NCBI GenBank assembly: GCA_963790305.1
Contig: CAWBOC010000005.1
Location: 224,001-288,000, forward strand
Origin: an uncultured Gemmatimonadaceae bacterium
GTDB taxonomy: Bacteria > Gemmatimonadota > Gemmatimonadetes > Gemmatimonadales > Gemmatimonadaceae
Direction: 5' to 3'
DNA: 64,000 nt
Positions within the stretch are counted from its first letter, which is position 1; each line of letters opens with the position of its first letter. Positions 39,769-50,137 of this stretch are shown here, piece by piece. Both the position numbers and the translations under genes were made by a program. The notes beneath the pieces are model-generated. The model made no database searches. It had not been told where the DNA came from and saw only the letters and a program-made list of their open reading frames with translations.

Positions 39769-41688
39769 TCAGCCGCGGGGCAGCGGGATGACACCGCTGA
39801 GGCCGCCAGTAAGGGCATCGATCTGAGCCTGCAGTCGCTGACGCTCCGCCGCGAGCCGCGCGCGTCCGTCCTCGACGCGTCGCTCGGCCTCTGCGCGCAC
39901 CTCGGCCACCCGTGCGCGCACGGGCGCGGTTCGCTCGTCGACGATCCGGTCTACCGCCAGGCGCGCTCGGGCTTCAGCGCGGGCAATCTCCTCGCCAGCG
40001 ACCTCGCGAACGCGAGCGGCGACAGCACGATCGAGGTTCGAGCTGATGGTGATCGCCGGCGAGCGAAGCTCGCCCGTGAGATTTGCGGTGACCTCGAGCT
40101 CGCGCAATCCCGAGACGACACGAGCCACGAGCTGCTCGAGCGTATTGAGATTTCGCGCGCGCACCGAGTCGGAGATCCACCGCACGTCGGTCGATCGAAT
40201 GGTCCAGCGGGCAGCGACCTTGTTCCCGGTCCGGAGAAAGTCGAGCCGACTCGTTCCCTTGCCGGGCTCCACTCGCAGCGGCAGTGCTGGAAGGGAGAAG
40301 CCGGGAATCGAGATGTCGCTGCCCACGGCGGTCACCGAATCCCGCGTCCGGCCGGCGGCGTGGTTGATGAGCCCGCTGACCTGGAGCGCACCAATGGTCG
40401 TGCCCGCCGCATCGCGCCGCGCGGAAAAGCGCGTCGGCCGTCCGACGAGCGCCGGCGTCGTCGTTAGGTCACTTACCCGTGCGACGTAACTGCCTCGGGC
40501 TGCCCCGGCGTCGAGCGCGAAGTCGAGCTCGCCCGCCTGCAGGTGAAAGTCCGGGAGTTGTCTCGCCCGCGGAAACGCGACGGTCGCGCCCGCGGCGCGA
40601 AGGCGCTCGGGCCCTTCACGCGCGCGAGGACGCAGCCCGGGCGGCATGTACTGCTGCGCGAGCTCCGCCCAGTAGACTACTTGCTGATACCGATCGAGCG
40701 TGACCGGACCGAACAGCGCACCGCCGATCTCCGGACCTTCAAGAGAGGGAATCTTGAGGAGGCCTCGGGCGAACGCGTAGTCGGCGCGTCGCGCATCGTT
40801 CAGGGATGTCAGGCCGGTGTCCATCACGGCAATGGCGGCTCGAACATTCCTGTGGAGCCCATCGAGGCGACTCCTCGTCTCATCGATCTGGCGAACGACC
40901 CGACGAACATCGGCCACGGCCCGCCGCGTTCCATCGATGCCGAGGCTCCGTGGAGTGGCCCCAGACAGTCGCGTGACAAGAGCCTCTGAAGAATCGAACG
41001 TGGTTCGGAGATCGAGCGTGCGCCACTCGGCGTCGAGCGCGCGGTGAATCGAGTCGGCGCGTGACGCCATCGCGGTGGCGGCGCGAACGGTGCCGAGCTG
41101 ACTCGGGTCGAGCACGATCTGCCTGATGGTGTCGATAGGCGTGAGCGCCAGAACGGGATGGCGATACTTCGCGGCCCATTCCTTCACGCTCCGAAGCGTG
41201 GTGGCGGCAAAGCCGTTTGGGTCGACGGCGCGCGCTGGCTCGGCACGGGAGGTTCCCAGGCGCACGCCACCGACGGTCATGCGACGGATGATCAGCTTCT
41301 TCTCGAGCAGCGGCGTTGGCTCGAGCTCCACCCGGATGCGCTCCGCGGCGATCACGTTGCGTCGAGGCTCGAACGGGTCGGCGATCGCCAGCCCGCGAAA
41401 CTCGATCGAGCTTTCGCGCTCGCGCACCTCGAGTGAGGCGATGTCCACCTGCGTCCCGAGCGCCTTGGTCGCCGCCTCGGCCGCCGTCTGCCTAACTACG
41501 CGATCGCCGAAGAGCAGCCAGAACGCGACGAGGAGGACGAGCAGCAGGGCGAGCGGGACGAGCCCCTGCCAGCGAACCAGTCGCTTTCGCTTCGGCGGCG
41601 CCTGCTCGCCCGCTGGAGTGCCGGACGCGTCCGGCGTGTAGCGGGCGCCCTGACCCGCGTCAGTCCGGGCGGAACCAGGTGTAGACAT
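39769..41688 (-). CDS. TIGR03545 family protein
   Basis: RWQG + N-terminal TM, GTQVDI..L, PLLEKKLII, YAFAR..L, ISSNLD; partner of the adjacent TIGR03546 gene. Confidence 0.8.
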   Translation of the reverse strand: MSTPGSARTDAGQGARYTPDASGTPAGEQAPPKRKRLVRWQGLVPLALLLVLLVAFWLLFGDRVVRQTAAEAATKALGTQVDIASLEVRERESSIEFRGLAIADPFEPRRNVIAAERIRVELEPTPLLEKKLIIRRMTVGGVRLGTSRAEPARAVDPNGFAATTLRSVKEWAAKYRHPVLALTPIDTIRQIVLDPSQLGTVRAATAMASRADSIHRALDAEWRTLDLRTTFDSSEALVTRLSGATPRSLGIDGTRRAVADVRRVVRQIDETRSRLDGLHRNVRAAIAVMDTGLTSLNDARRADYAFARGLLKIPSLEGPEIGGALFGPVTLDRYQQVVYWAELAQQYMPPGLRPRAREGPERLRAAGATVAFPRARQLPDFHLQAGELDFALDAGAARGSYVARVSDLTTTPALVGRPTRFSARRDAAGTTIGALQVSGLINHAAGRTRDSVTAVGSDISIPGFSLPALPLRVEPGKGTSRLDFLRTGNKVAARWTIRSTDVRWISDSVRARNLNTLEQLVARVVSGLRELEVTANLTGELRSPAITISSNLDRAVAARVREVAGEEIARAEARARLAVDRIVDERTAPVRARVAEVRAEAERRVEDGRARLAAERQRLQAQIDALTGGLSGVIPLPRG

Positions 41689-42181
41689 TGTATGCCTTGG
41701 AGGCAGTGACGGCATTGTAAAAGCGCGAGCGACGAACGCGCTCACCGATCGTCGCGCGATAGCGCGCGACGCCGTATCGCGCGGCGATGAAGATCGGCAG
41801 GGCGAGCGCCAGCCACGCCGCGAAGCTGCCGAGGACGATCGTGTTGTTGAAGTTCGTGTAGGGAAGAACGGGAGTATTGAACCAGGTCGTCCACATCGGC
41901 TCGAGCGCCGGCGTCTCCAGGAGGAGCCGACGTCCAATGCGATCGAAAACCGGGTCGAGGGCGAAGCCCAGCGGGAGAAAGAGCGCCCATCCGAGCAGCG
42001 CGCCCCCGACCGAAATGTTCAGGACCAGGATGAGCGCCGCGATGAGGAGGTTGTGAACGTTCATGAGCGGGGTGAGACCGAGTACCGATCCCAGCGCAAT
42101 TCCCGCCGCGACCTGGCCGGGCGTTCCCTCGGAGTGCAGTGTCTTGATGAGCGATTGCAGCAGCTTGAGCAGAGTCAGCAT
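41660..42181 (-). CDS. TIGR03546 family membrane protein
   Basis: LHSEGTPGQVAAG, GLTP, LDPVFDRIG, FNNTIVLGS. Confidence 0.85.
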   Translation of the reverse strand: MLTLLKLLQSLIKTLHSEGTPGQVAAGIALGSVLGLTPLMNVHNLLIAALILVLNISVGGALLGWALFLPLGFALDPVFDRIGRRLLLETPALEPMWTTWFNTPVLPYTNFNNTIVLGSFAAWLALALPIFIAARYGVARYRATIGERVRRSRFYNAVTASKAYNVYTWFRPD

Positions 42182-42357
42182 GCCATTGATTTCTCGTTAG
42201 GGCGTGACCTCGGCCGCCGTCTCGGCCGATCCCCGTACCCAGGAGAGACGATCGGTCGGTGGGAATCGACACGGGGCCAAACGTGTCCGTGCGCTCCCTG
42301 CGAGCGTCGCGTATAATCCTGCACGCTCGAGCTTTTCCCGCAACCTCACCTCGTGTC

Positions 42358-43605
42358 ATGACTCGCGATCGTCTTCACTTCCACGTGCTGGCAGCGGTTA
42401 CCCTGACGCTCGCGCTCGGCTGCGCCACTTCGTCCCGTGTGCCACCCCCGCCGGCGAGTGGAAATGTGATCCCCGGTGTGGAGGTACTGCTTCGCGACTC
42501 GCTGCACCTCCTTTCGGGCAAGCGGGTGGGCCTCATCACCAACCACTCGGGGAAGGACCGGAGCGGCACCAGCACGATCGATCTGCTGCATCGTGCGCCC
42601 GGTGTTCAGCTCACGGCCTTGTATGGCCCCGAGCATGGCCTCCGTGGTGCCGAGGAAGCTGGCGTCCACATTGCCACGGGGGTCGATTCGGCAACCGGCG
42701 TCCAGATCTTTTCGCTCTTTGGCGAGCGGCGCGTCCCGACTCCCCAGATGCTCGAAGGCATCGACGTGCTTCTCTACGACATTCAGGATGTCGGCGCGCG
42801 CGTCTACACGTACGAATGGACCATGGTGCTCGCCGCCGAGGCGGCGGCGAAGGCCGGGAAGCAGTTCATCGTGCTCGATCGCCCGAACCCCATTCGCGCC
42901 GACCGCGTCGAGGGCGGTTTGATCAAGCCGCAGTTCCTTTCCTTCGTCGGCCTGCACCCGGTGCCGATGCGGTATGGCCTAACGCCAGGCGAGCTTCTGC
43001 GCTACCTCGTCGGCGTGGGTCTGGTGAAGGCCAACGTGACCGTCGTCCCAATGCAGAACTATCGTCGCGACATGTGGTGGGAGCAGACTGGCATTCCGTG
43101 GGTACCCCCGTCGCCGAATCTACGCGACATGGAGGCGGCGATCCTCTATCCCGGAACGGTGTTCTTCGAGGGCACCAACCTCACCGAGGGTCGCGGGACG
43201 GACCGTCCTTTCCGCGTGATCGGCGCCCCGTGGCTCACCGACGCCGGCGCCATCGCGCGTGAGCTCAATGCGCAGCGCCTGCCCGGTGTGCGCTTCGATT
43301 CAACGTCTCGCACGATCGCCGAGGGAATGAAGCATGGCGGTCTGACGATCCCGATGATCGAGGTCGTCGTGACCGACCGCGAGCGAGTGCGCCCGCTCAC
43401 CGTCGGCGCGCGCATGCTCCAGACGATTCGCGCTCGGCACCCCAACGAATGGCGGTGGCGAATTGGATCGATCGACCGGCTCGCAGGGACCGATGAGCTG
43501 CGAGCGGCAGTGGAAGCGGGGACTGTGGATTCGCTGCTCGCTCGCTGGGATCTCGAGGCGAGGGAGTTTGCGACGCGTCGCGAGCCTTACTTGTTGTACC
43601 GCTGA
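42358..43605 (+). CDS. namZ: DUF1343 exo-beta-N-acetylmuramidase NamZ family lipoprotein
   Basis: RVGLITNHS, PEHGLRG, DIQDVGARVYTY, LDRPNP, WVPPSPN, EGRGT; ALGC lipobox. Confidence 0.9.
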   Translation: MTRDRLHFHVLAAVTLTLALGCATSSRVPPPPASGNVIPGVEVLLRDSLHLLSGKRVGLITNHSGKDRSGTSTIDLLHRAPGVQLTALYGPEHGLRGAEEAGVHIATGVDSATGVQIFSLFGERRVPTPQMLEGIDVLLYDIQDVGARVYTYEWTMVLAAEAAAKAGKQFIVLDRPNPIRADRVEGGLIKPQFLSFVGLHPVPMRYGLTPGELLRYLVGVGLVKANVTVVPMQNYRRDMWWEQTGIPWVPPSPNLRDMEAAILYPGTVFFEGTNLTEGRGTDRPFRVIGAPWLTDAGAIARELNAQRLPGVRFDSTSRTIAEGMKHGGLTIPMIEVVVTDRERVRPLTVGARMLQTIRARHPNEWRWRIGSIDRLAGTDELRAAVEAGTVDSLLARWDLEAREFATRREPYLLYR

Positions 43606-43664
43606 ATGCGGAATGCGGAATGCGGAGAGACTCTACAGCGTTCCGCATTCCGCATTCCGCATTC
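43604..43664. repeat. Perfect 23-bp inverted repeat of (GAATGCG)3
   Basis: 43604-43626 versus 43642-43664; between convergent genes. Confidence 0.95.
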
Positions 43665-43673
43665 GCCCCCTGA

Positions 43674-46499
43674 TCAGAAGTCGAATCGCGCCCCCACCTG
43701 CGCCCGCCGCGCACCGAAGGCGCCCGTCGCCTGGCCAAAGTTCGTGATGTCCACGCCGGCCGCGGTCTTCTGCCGACCACCGAAGGCCGAAATGTTGTCG
43801 GTGTTGAAGACGTTGAACACCTCGGCCGTCAGGCGCATCGTCTTGCCCTGCGCGGTGAACAGCGACTTTCCGATGCGAAGGTCGACGTTGCGGTACCAGT
43901 TCTTGAAATCGTTGTCGGGACGAATCGTGCGAGTGCCTGACGGACTGCCGGTCGGGAAGAAGTCGTCTGCGAAGTCGTTGTCGAAATTGAGATCCTGGCC
44001 GATCGAGGCGCCGAACGGCCGCGGGCTGGCCAGCGTCACAATCCCGGCGACCTGAAAGCCGCCCAGCCAGTCGAAGTCGGCAACCTCGGAGAGCACCAGA
44101 CGGTGGCGCTCGTCGCCGATGGTCTCCTGCATGTTGTACGAGCTGCGGAAGGCGAACGCAGGCGCAGTGACCGCATCGTAGTCCGCCTTGGCCCAGCCTA
44201 ACGTGTACGCCAGATTGGACAGCAGTCGTCCACGGCGATAGTTCACCGACATCATCACCGCATCGTACTTCGCCTTGGCGAAGTCATCCCACAGGATGAT
44301 GTCGCCATAATTCGGCGTCAGAACTCGGACGTCCGGATTCGGCTGCGTGTTGAGGTAATTGGCGTTCAGCCGGTTGTAGAGATGCCGCACGTCCTGGTGC
44401 ACGTAGTCGACGTTGAGTGCGAGATCCGGGGTGAACTGGTGGCCCAGCCCGATCGACATCTGCCGGTTCTCGGGCGCCTCCATCTTGTTCTTCACCAGGA
44501 TGATGTTCGGCGTCGACGGCACCGTCCCGGCGATGACCGCCGCCCGCAACAAGGCGACGTCCATCGTTGCCGGGTTGGCGATCGTATAGCTCCGCCACGT
44601 TGCCGCGAGACGCTCCTGGAAGCCAATGAAGCTCGCGACACGATCGTAGATGATGCCAAAGCCGCCACGAATGAACGTGCGATTCTCGCCGATCGGATCC
44701 CACGAGAACGAGATGCGGGGGGACAGGTTGTTCAGGTCGTTCTTGCGATCCCCACGATTGATGTAGTTGGCGAGCGCGGCCTTGTTGGTGATCGCGGTAT
44801 CACTCGCCCAGGGAACCGTGAAATCGTTGTTGATGGTGTTCAGCTCGGCGTCGTACCGGAGCCCGAGATTCAACGTGAGCGTCGACGTTGGGCGCCACTC
44901 GTCGTTGAGGTAGAAGCCGGTGATCCATCCGCTGAGCTCGGCCCTCGCATCGGCGATGCCCTGCCGGTCCTGATAGCCGACGCCGATGGTCGCCTGGTTG
45001 GGGTTCGTGCTCGTGTCGGTCGTGAAGCGGAAGCTCCCCATCCGGAAGTTCGGCGAGAACTGATCGGCGTCGATGCGGCTCACCTCGGCACCCAGCTTGA
45101 AGATGTGCGAGCCGCCCCAGTTGTCCTTGGTGTACGTGAGTCGGTTGATGAGGCGAAGGTGCGTCTCGTTGAGCTCGAGCGGGAACGTCGCCGTCCCCTG
45201 CGTCACGCTCGGGTACACACGCTGCTCGCGCTCGACCAGCATGCCTTCATCGTGGTGCCACTTCACCATCTGCAGACTGAGCTCGTTCAACAAGTTCGGT
45301 GACGGCAGATAGCGGTGACGCAGCTGCGCGACGTTGATGAAGTACGACTGATCGATGCCCCCATTCTGGGCGACCGTTCCGCCAAAGTTCGACTCGCCCG
45401 TCATGTACCGTGTCGCCCACGACAGATCGAAGGTATTCCGCTCGCTCGGCGTGTACGTACCGCGAAGGAACCCGGTGTGGTTGAGGTTCGGCGCCTTGAA
45501 CGACCCGCGAAGCGCATCCCAGACGCCGGGATTGCTCGCCGGACGCCCCGGCACCACGTCGATGAAGTTGTCGCTGTCCGTCACCTCGTAGCTCAGCGCA
45601 TAGAAGAGGCGATCTTTCTGAAGGGGGCCGCGAAGGTTCGCGCCGACCTGCATGCGGTTGAAGTCCGGAGTCACCGTCTGGAAGTTCGTCCGCGCCACCA
45701 TCGACTTGTCCTGAAAGAATCCGAAGACGGCTCCCTCCGTATCGTTGGTCCCGCGATTCGATTCGGCGCTGATCACGTACGCGCCGGCATGCGAGTACTC
45801 CGCATCGTACGGGTTAATGAATACGCGGAACTCCTGCACCGCCTCCTGTGGGATTGGCGCCCCTGTCTGCGGAATGCCGACGAGGTTGCCATTGAAGAGG
45901 CTCTTCAGCTCGATGCCATCGAGATAGAAATTGCTGAAGCGCAGCTCCGGCATCGCGCCCGCCGATGGAAGCGCACGACCCGCTTGCGGCGCGAAGCCCC
46001 TCACACCGGGCGTCACTGCCGCGAGCGTCATGATGTTGCGGTCGATCGTCGGAAGCTGCTCGATCATTTGTTGCACGACCGGCGCGGACACTGATGTCCG
46101 CTGCACCTCGACGGTCGTCGTTCGATCGGCGGTCACTTCGACGCCGGTGAGCTGCGTCGTCGAGGGCGCGAGGTCGAAAACGAGGTTCGCGCGCTGGCCG
46201 AGCAGCAGCTCGACCATCTGGCTCTCCTGCTCGAAGCCGATCGCTCGAACGGTGACCTCGTAACGACCTGGGCCGAGGCCCAGCACTCGGAATCGCCCGA
46301 GATCGCTCGTGTTCACGCCGCGACGCTCGTTCGTCGCCGGATTCACCACGGCGACGACCGCACCCGCGACAGGCTCGCCCGCGTTGTTGCGAACGGAGCC
46401 TTCGAGAGTGATCGTGAGTTGGGCGTGACTTACGCCAGGGACGACCATCATCAGGCTGATGGCCGCCAGCAGTGAGAGTATCGACAAGGGTATTCGCAT
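43674..46499 (-). CDS. TonB-dependent receptor (Oar-like) with carboxypeptidase-regulatory-like N domain
   Basis: Signal peptide; AVQEFRV..YDAEY, TLNLGLRYD, DLNNLSPR, EVFNVFN, QVGARFDF end. Confidence 0.92.
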   Translation of the reverse strand: MRIPLSILSLLAAISLMMVVPGVSHAQLTITLEGSVRNNAGEPVAGAVVAVVNPATNERRGVNTSDLGRFRVLGLGPGRYEVTVRAIGFEQESQMVELLLGQRANLVFDLAPSTTQLTGVEVTADRTTTVEVQRTSVSAPVVQQMIEQLPTIDRNIMTLAAVTPGVRGFAPQAGRALPSAGAMPELRFSNFYLDGIELKSLFNGNLVGIPQTGAPIPQEAVQEFRVFINPYDAEYSHAGAYVISAESNRGTNDTEGAVFGFFQDKSMVARTNFQTVTPDFNRMQVGANLRGPLQKDRLFYALSYEVTDSDNFIDVVPGRPASNPGVWDALRGSFKAPNLNHTGFLRGTYTPSERNTFDLSWATRYMTGESNFGGTVAQNGGIDQSYFINVAQLRHRYLPSPNLLNELSLQMVKWHHDEGMLVEREQRVYPSVTQGTATFPLELNETHLRLINRLTYTKDNWGGSHIFKLGAEVSRIDADQFSPNFRMGSFRFTTDTSTNPNQATIGVGYQDRQGIADARAELSGWITGFYLNDEWRPTSTLTLNLGLRYDAELNTINNDFTVPWASDTAITNKAALANYINRGDRKNDLNNLSPRISFSWDPIGENRTFIRGGFGIIYDRVASFIGFQERLAATWRSYTIANPATMDVALLRAAVIAGTVPSTPNIILVKNKMEAPENRQMSIGLGHQFTPDLALNVDYVHQDVRHLYNRLNANYLNTQPNPDVRVLTPNYGDIILWDDFAKAKYDAVMMSVNYRRGRLLSNLAYTLGWAKADYDAVTAPAFAFRSSYNMQETIGDERHRLVLSEVADFDWLGGFQVAGIVTLASPRPFGASIGQDLNFDNDFADDFFPTGSPSGTRTIRPDNDFKNWYRNVDLRIGKSLFTAQGKTMRLTAEVFNVFNTDNISAFGGRQKTAAGVDITNFGQATGAFGARRAQVGARFDF

Positions 46500-46578
46500 G
46501 GGAATCTCGCGGGGTAGGAGGGAGCGTGCCGCGCTCGCGCCGAGGTTATGGTGCGCTCTGCGTCGTGTCAACAACAAA

Positions 46579-47877
46579 GTGACCACCCTGGGCGTGGCGC
46601 TGGTCACCGTCGCGAGCACTCCAGCGTCAGTGAGCGCGCAACTCACGGTGGCGGACTCGGTTAGCTCACACGCCGTGGCGCCAGGCTTGACGCTGCGACG
46701 TATCGTGCGACCGGCAGGGCCATGGGTCCTTTCCGTACTCGAGGTGGATCTCCGACGGCCGGAGATCGAGGTCAAAGGCGTTCGCGCCTGCGATAATCTT
46801 CTGGGACGCGAGCGGCCTTCCGCGATCGCGCGTCGGATGCGGCAGGATGGTGTAGACGTCGTTGGCGTTCTCAACGCCGACTTCTTCGACCTGCGCGGAG
46901 GCACCGGGGCCACCGAGAGCAACGTCGTGATCAATGGCGAGATCGTAAAAGCGGTCACGGTGACGGAATCTCCGTTCGACGCCTTTGACAACGTCCACAC
47001 ACAGTTCGGCATCACCGCCACCGGGGCGCCGGTCCTCGATCGCTTTCACCTGACGGGCGTGGTACGAACACCGAGTGGTGAATGGCCGCTTGCGGCGATC
47101 AATGCGCGTGCGCCCGGTGCGCTCGCGCTTCTCACCAGGTGGTTCGACACGCTCGCGCTTTCCGTGCAGCCCGCCGACACGATCGCGCACGTCTCATTGC
47201 TCAAGGTCGGCGGACGAGGGGACACGGCGCGCTATCGCGTCGATTCCAAGCCAAAGCGTGAACGGCCGGTCGCGTCGGCCGATGAGGCGGCAATGCTGGT
47301 CGCGAGTGGGAACGCACTGCCGGTCGTGGAGCGACTGCTCCCCGGCGACCGCGTCGAGATCGTGACGAAGCTCATCCCGGATCGCGGGCCGCTGCGGACC
47401 GTCGTCGGCGGCTGGCCACGCATCGTCGACGCGGGGCGCAACGTCGCCCTCGCCGCCGACTCCGTCGAAGGCACCATTCCACGCTTCTCCCGCGCCCGGC
47501 ACCCTCGCTCGGCGTTAGGCATCTCCCGGGACAGCGCGACATTATATCTGGTCGCCGTGGACGGCCGTCAGGAGACGAGCGTGGGCATGACGCTCGAGGA
47601 GCTGGCCGACGCGATGATCTCCCTCGGCGCCCATGAAGCGATGAATCTGGACGGCGGCGGCTCCACCGCGCTGGTCATTCGTGATTCGATCGTGAACAAA
47701 CCGTCCGACGCCACTGGGGAGCGCGCCGTCGGAAATGTCGTCGCGATCACGCGCCGCACCGCCAAGCAGGGAAACCCGGAGCGCCGGATGCTGCCGCGAA
47801 AAAGCGGAAGCGTCGCCTCCTGCGTTCTCCCACTTCCGCGCGACACCGCCGCCGCGGCCGTTCCGCGGCCGCGATAG
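46579..47877 (+). CDS. Phosphodiester glycosidase (NAGPA/DUF2233) family protein
   Basis: LNADFF, RHPRSALG, VDGRQ, AMNLDGGGST, NKPSD..ERAV; start uncertain. Confidence 0.88.
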   Translation: MTTLGVALVTVASTPASVSAQLTVADSVSSHAVAPGLTLRRIVRPAGPWVLSVLEVDLRRPEIEVKGVRACDNLLGRERPSAIARRMRQDGVDVVGVLNADFFDLRGGTGATESNVVINGEIVKAVTVTESPFDAFDNVHTQFGITATGAPVLDRFHLTGVVRTPSGEWPLAAINARAPGALALLTRWFDTLALSVQPADTIAHVSLLKVGGRGDTARYRVDSKPKRERPVASADEAAMLVASGNALPVVERLLPGDRVEIVTKLIPDRGPLRTVVGGWPRIVDAGRNVALAADSVEGTIPRFSRARHPRSALGISRDSATLYLVAVDGRQETSVGMTLEELADAMISLGAHEAMNLDGGGSTALVIRDSIVNKPSDATGERAVGNVVAITRRTAKQGNPERRMLPRKSGSVASCVLPLPRDTAAAAVPRPR

Positions 47878-48705
47878 CTACCGACGCACGTGCGACGCGC
47901 TGTCGAGCGCGCGTCCGAGCCACGACCAGTAGGTTTCCCCGCCGACATCGCTGACGTCGTTATGCCCCGCGCCGGGCACGACCAGCAATTCGCCGGGAAC
48001 ACGAGCCGCGGCATGAACGGCGCGGCCCATCCGCACCGGAATGATTCCGTCGCGCTGCCCATGGATGATCCATACCGGGACCTTCAGCTCCGCGACCTTC
48101 GCGCGAGTGTCGAAGTGAACGCGCGCGATGAGGCCCCAGAACAACGTCACCGGCGCCAGCGGTCCGCGTGCCATCTCGCGCGCCGAAGTGAACGGCGCTT
48201 CGAGGATCAGGACCGCCGGCGCATGCTCCACGGCCAGCTCGGTCGCAATGGCGCTGCCGAGCGAGTGCCCATATAACGCAATGCGCGTGGAGTCCACGCC
48301 CAGCTGCTCGCGCGCGAGACGATACGTCGCGCGCGCATCACGTTGTGACGAGACATAATCTGGCGAGCCGCCGAGGCCGCCGTACCCGCGATACTCGGGG
48401 AGGAGCACCGCCCAGCCTGTGGCGCGCTCGACCTCACTCGCCCACGGAGCGACCCACGCCGCCAGATCGGCGTTGCCGTGATACGCGATGAGAAGGCCAG
48501 GTGCACGGGCCGGATCGCCGATGAGGAACGCAAAGAGGGGCTGGCCGTCGTCCGATGCGTAGTCGAGGCGTCGCGTCGCCCCCTCGGGATACTGCGCGAG
48601 CCTCGGCGGCTGCCACACGATGCGCTCCTGCATCCGCCACGCCGCGATGAGCATTACGACGTAGATCGCGGCCAGGAGGATGAGCGCGGAGATCACGATC
48701 CGCAC
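47878..48705 (-). CDS. Alpha/beta hydrolase (ABHD13/17-like)
   Basis: YHGNA, EYRGYG, GHSLG, HG..D, GHND. Confidence 0.9.
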   Translation of the reverse strand: MRIVISALILLAAIYVVMLIAAWRMQERIVWQPPRLAQYPEGATRRLDYASDDGQPLFAFLIGDPARAPGLLIAYHGNADLAAWVAPWASEVERATGWAVLLPEYRGYGGLGGSPDYVSSQRDARATYRLAREQLGVDSTRIALYGHSLGSAIATELAVEHAPAVLILEAPFTSAREMARGPLAPVTLFWGLIARVHFDTRAKVAELKVPVWIIHGQRDGIIPVRMGRAVHAAARVPGELLVVPGAGHNDVSDVGGETYWSWLGRALDSASHVRR

Positions 48706-48723
48706 GGCGCTCCACCCGTCTCG

Positions 48724-49383
48724 TCAGGCGACGCGCAGACGCTCAACGGCGGGAAGCGGAACACCGATCGTTCGACGGGCGTACCATTGCGCCCACAGCA
48801 GATTGGGCACCCACGACAGCCACGCCACGACCTGGTATGCCGGCGTGAACTCACCGAACGCCATGATCAGCAGCGGAAGCTCGATCCGCAGCGTCACGGC
48901 GGCAAAGATCAGCGCATAGCTGCTGAGCATCCACCGCCGGTGAGCGGCGATGGCTCGCTCCCGCGCCGCGAGGTACGCGCGCGTCGTTGTCCAGAGCAGC
49001 AGCACCGCCAGCGCCGCGAAGCCGACGTGTGTCACGACACCGCCGAACGAGTACACGCTCATGTACAACCCGGCGAGGCCGACGGCGGTGGCCGCGATGA
49101 CGTAGACCGTGCCTAACACACGATGAACAGGCCGATGGCGAATGATGAGCCAGCGGTTGAATTGCAGTGCGCCCAGCGCGAGTGCGACGGAGCCGAAGAG
49201 CGCGTGTGGGTATATCCCCCATGGCCGAGCGAGAAACGAGGCGGCGAGGTTCGGCGGGTATACGCGCTCGCCGAGGATGACGTACGCGAGAGCATACCCC
49301 ACGATCGGAACCGCCAGGAGCGTCACCAGCCACCAGGCGAGCGGGGGCCGAGTCGCGGAGCCCTTGCCCGATCGCGTGCTCAT
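48724..49383 (-). CDS. DUF2306 membrane protein
   Basis: H...G.LQF, HRVLG.VY, HRRWM..SYALIFAAVTLR, WLSWVPNL; ATGA overlap. Confidence 0.85.
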   Translation of the reverse strand: MSTRSGKGSATRPPLAWWLVTLLAVPIVGYALAYVILGERVYPPNLAASFLARPWGIYPHALFGSVALALGALQFNRWLIIRHRPVHRVLGTVYVIAATAVGLAGLYMSVYSFGGVVTHVGFAALAVLLLWTTTRAYLAARERAIAAHRRWMLSSYALIFAAVTLRIELPLLIMAFGEFTPAYQVVAWLSWVPNLLWAQWYARRTIGVPLPAVERLRVA

Positions 49384-50135
49384 ACGCCGGCGATCCGCCG
49401 CTTGTACTCGCCGAGCGCGGCGTCGAGCCGCTCGCGCGCGGTGGTGTCCCCGGGCACGTTGTGCGACGGGTGGATGTAGAGCTTCACGCCCCGCTCGGCC
49501 AACAGCTCGGCCACCGTCGTGATCGTCATCCACACCACCGCGACGAACGCCATCGTCGACACCGGCCCCACGTTGTCGACATGGTTCTTCAGGGGGACCG
49601 ACGAATCGCCCGCGGGCACCCGCGTATCGATCACCACGTCGGCGATCTCGAAGAGCGTTCGGCCCGACGGGTGCCGCGACCTGGACGCCTCGGCGGCGGA
49701 ACCCGTCGCTACCACGCGCATCCCCAGCGCTTTCGCGCGCAACGCCACATCGATGTTGACGTTGTTGATACCCGTGTGCGAGAAGATCCACATCGTGTCC
49801 CGCGCATCGAACGTGTAGCCCTTCATGATCGCTTCGCCGTATCCCTCCGCGCGCTCGAGGAAGAGGAATTGGTGAATGCCCATCTCCCCGGTGATGCGCG
49901 TGAAGAAGGTGAGCGGAAGCTCGATCATCGGATGAAAGCCGACGAAACCACCAATGCGCGGATACATCTCCTCCACCGGGATCGTCGCGTGCCCGCAGCC
50001 GAAGGTGTGGACCCACCGTTCGCCGGCGATCGAGTCCGCCATGAGCCCGGCGGCGCGCTGAATGGCGGGAAGCTGTGAGCGCTCGATATCGTCGAGAACG
50101 GCACGTGTGTTGGACAGCCAGGTTTGGCTCAACAT
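49380..50135 (-). CDS. SIS domain sugar-phosphate isomerase-like protein
   Basis: HTFGCGH..PVEEMYPRIG, FSHTGIN, DVVID..VPAGD. Confidence 0.85.
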   Translation of the reverse strand: MLSQTWLSNTRAVLDDIERSQLPAIQRAAGLMADSIAGERWVHTFGCGHATIPVEEMYPRIGGFVGFHPMIELPLTFFTRITGEMGIHQFLFLERAEGYGEAIMKGYTFDARDTMWIFSHTGINNVNIDVALRAKALGMRVVATGSAAEASRSRHPSGRTLFEIADVVIDTRVPAGDSSVPLKNHVDNVGPVSTMAFVAVVWMTITTVAELLAERGVKLYIHPSHNVPGDTTARERLDAALGEYKRRIAGV

Positions 50136-50137
50136 CG

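Noticed and set aside
46500..47021. N-terminal extension of the TonB receptor (1115 aa)
   Set aside because: Antisense to the NAGPA gene; the signal peptide starts at 46499
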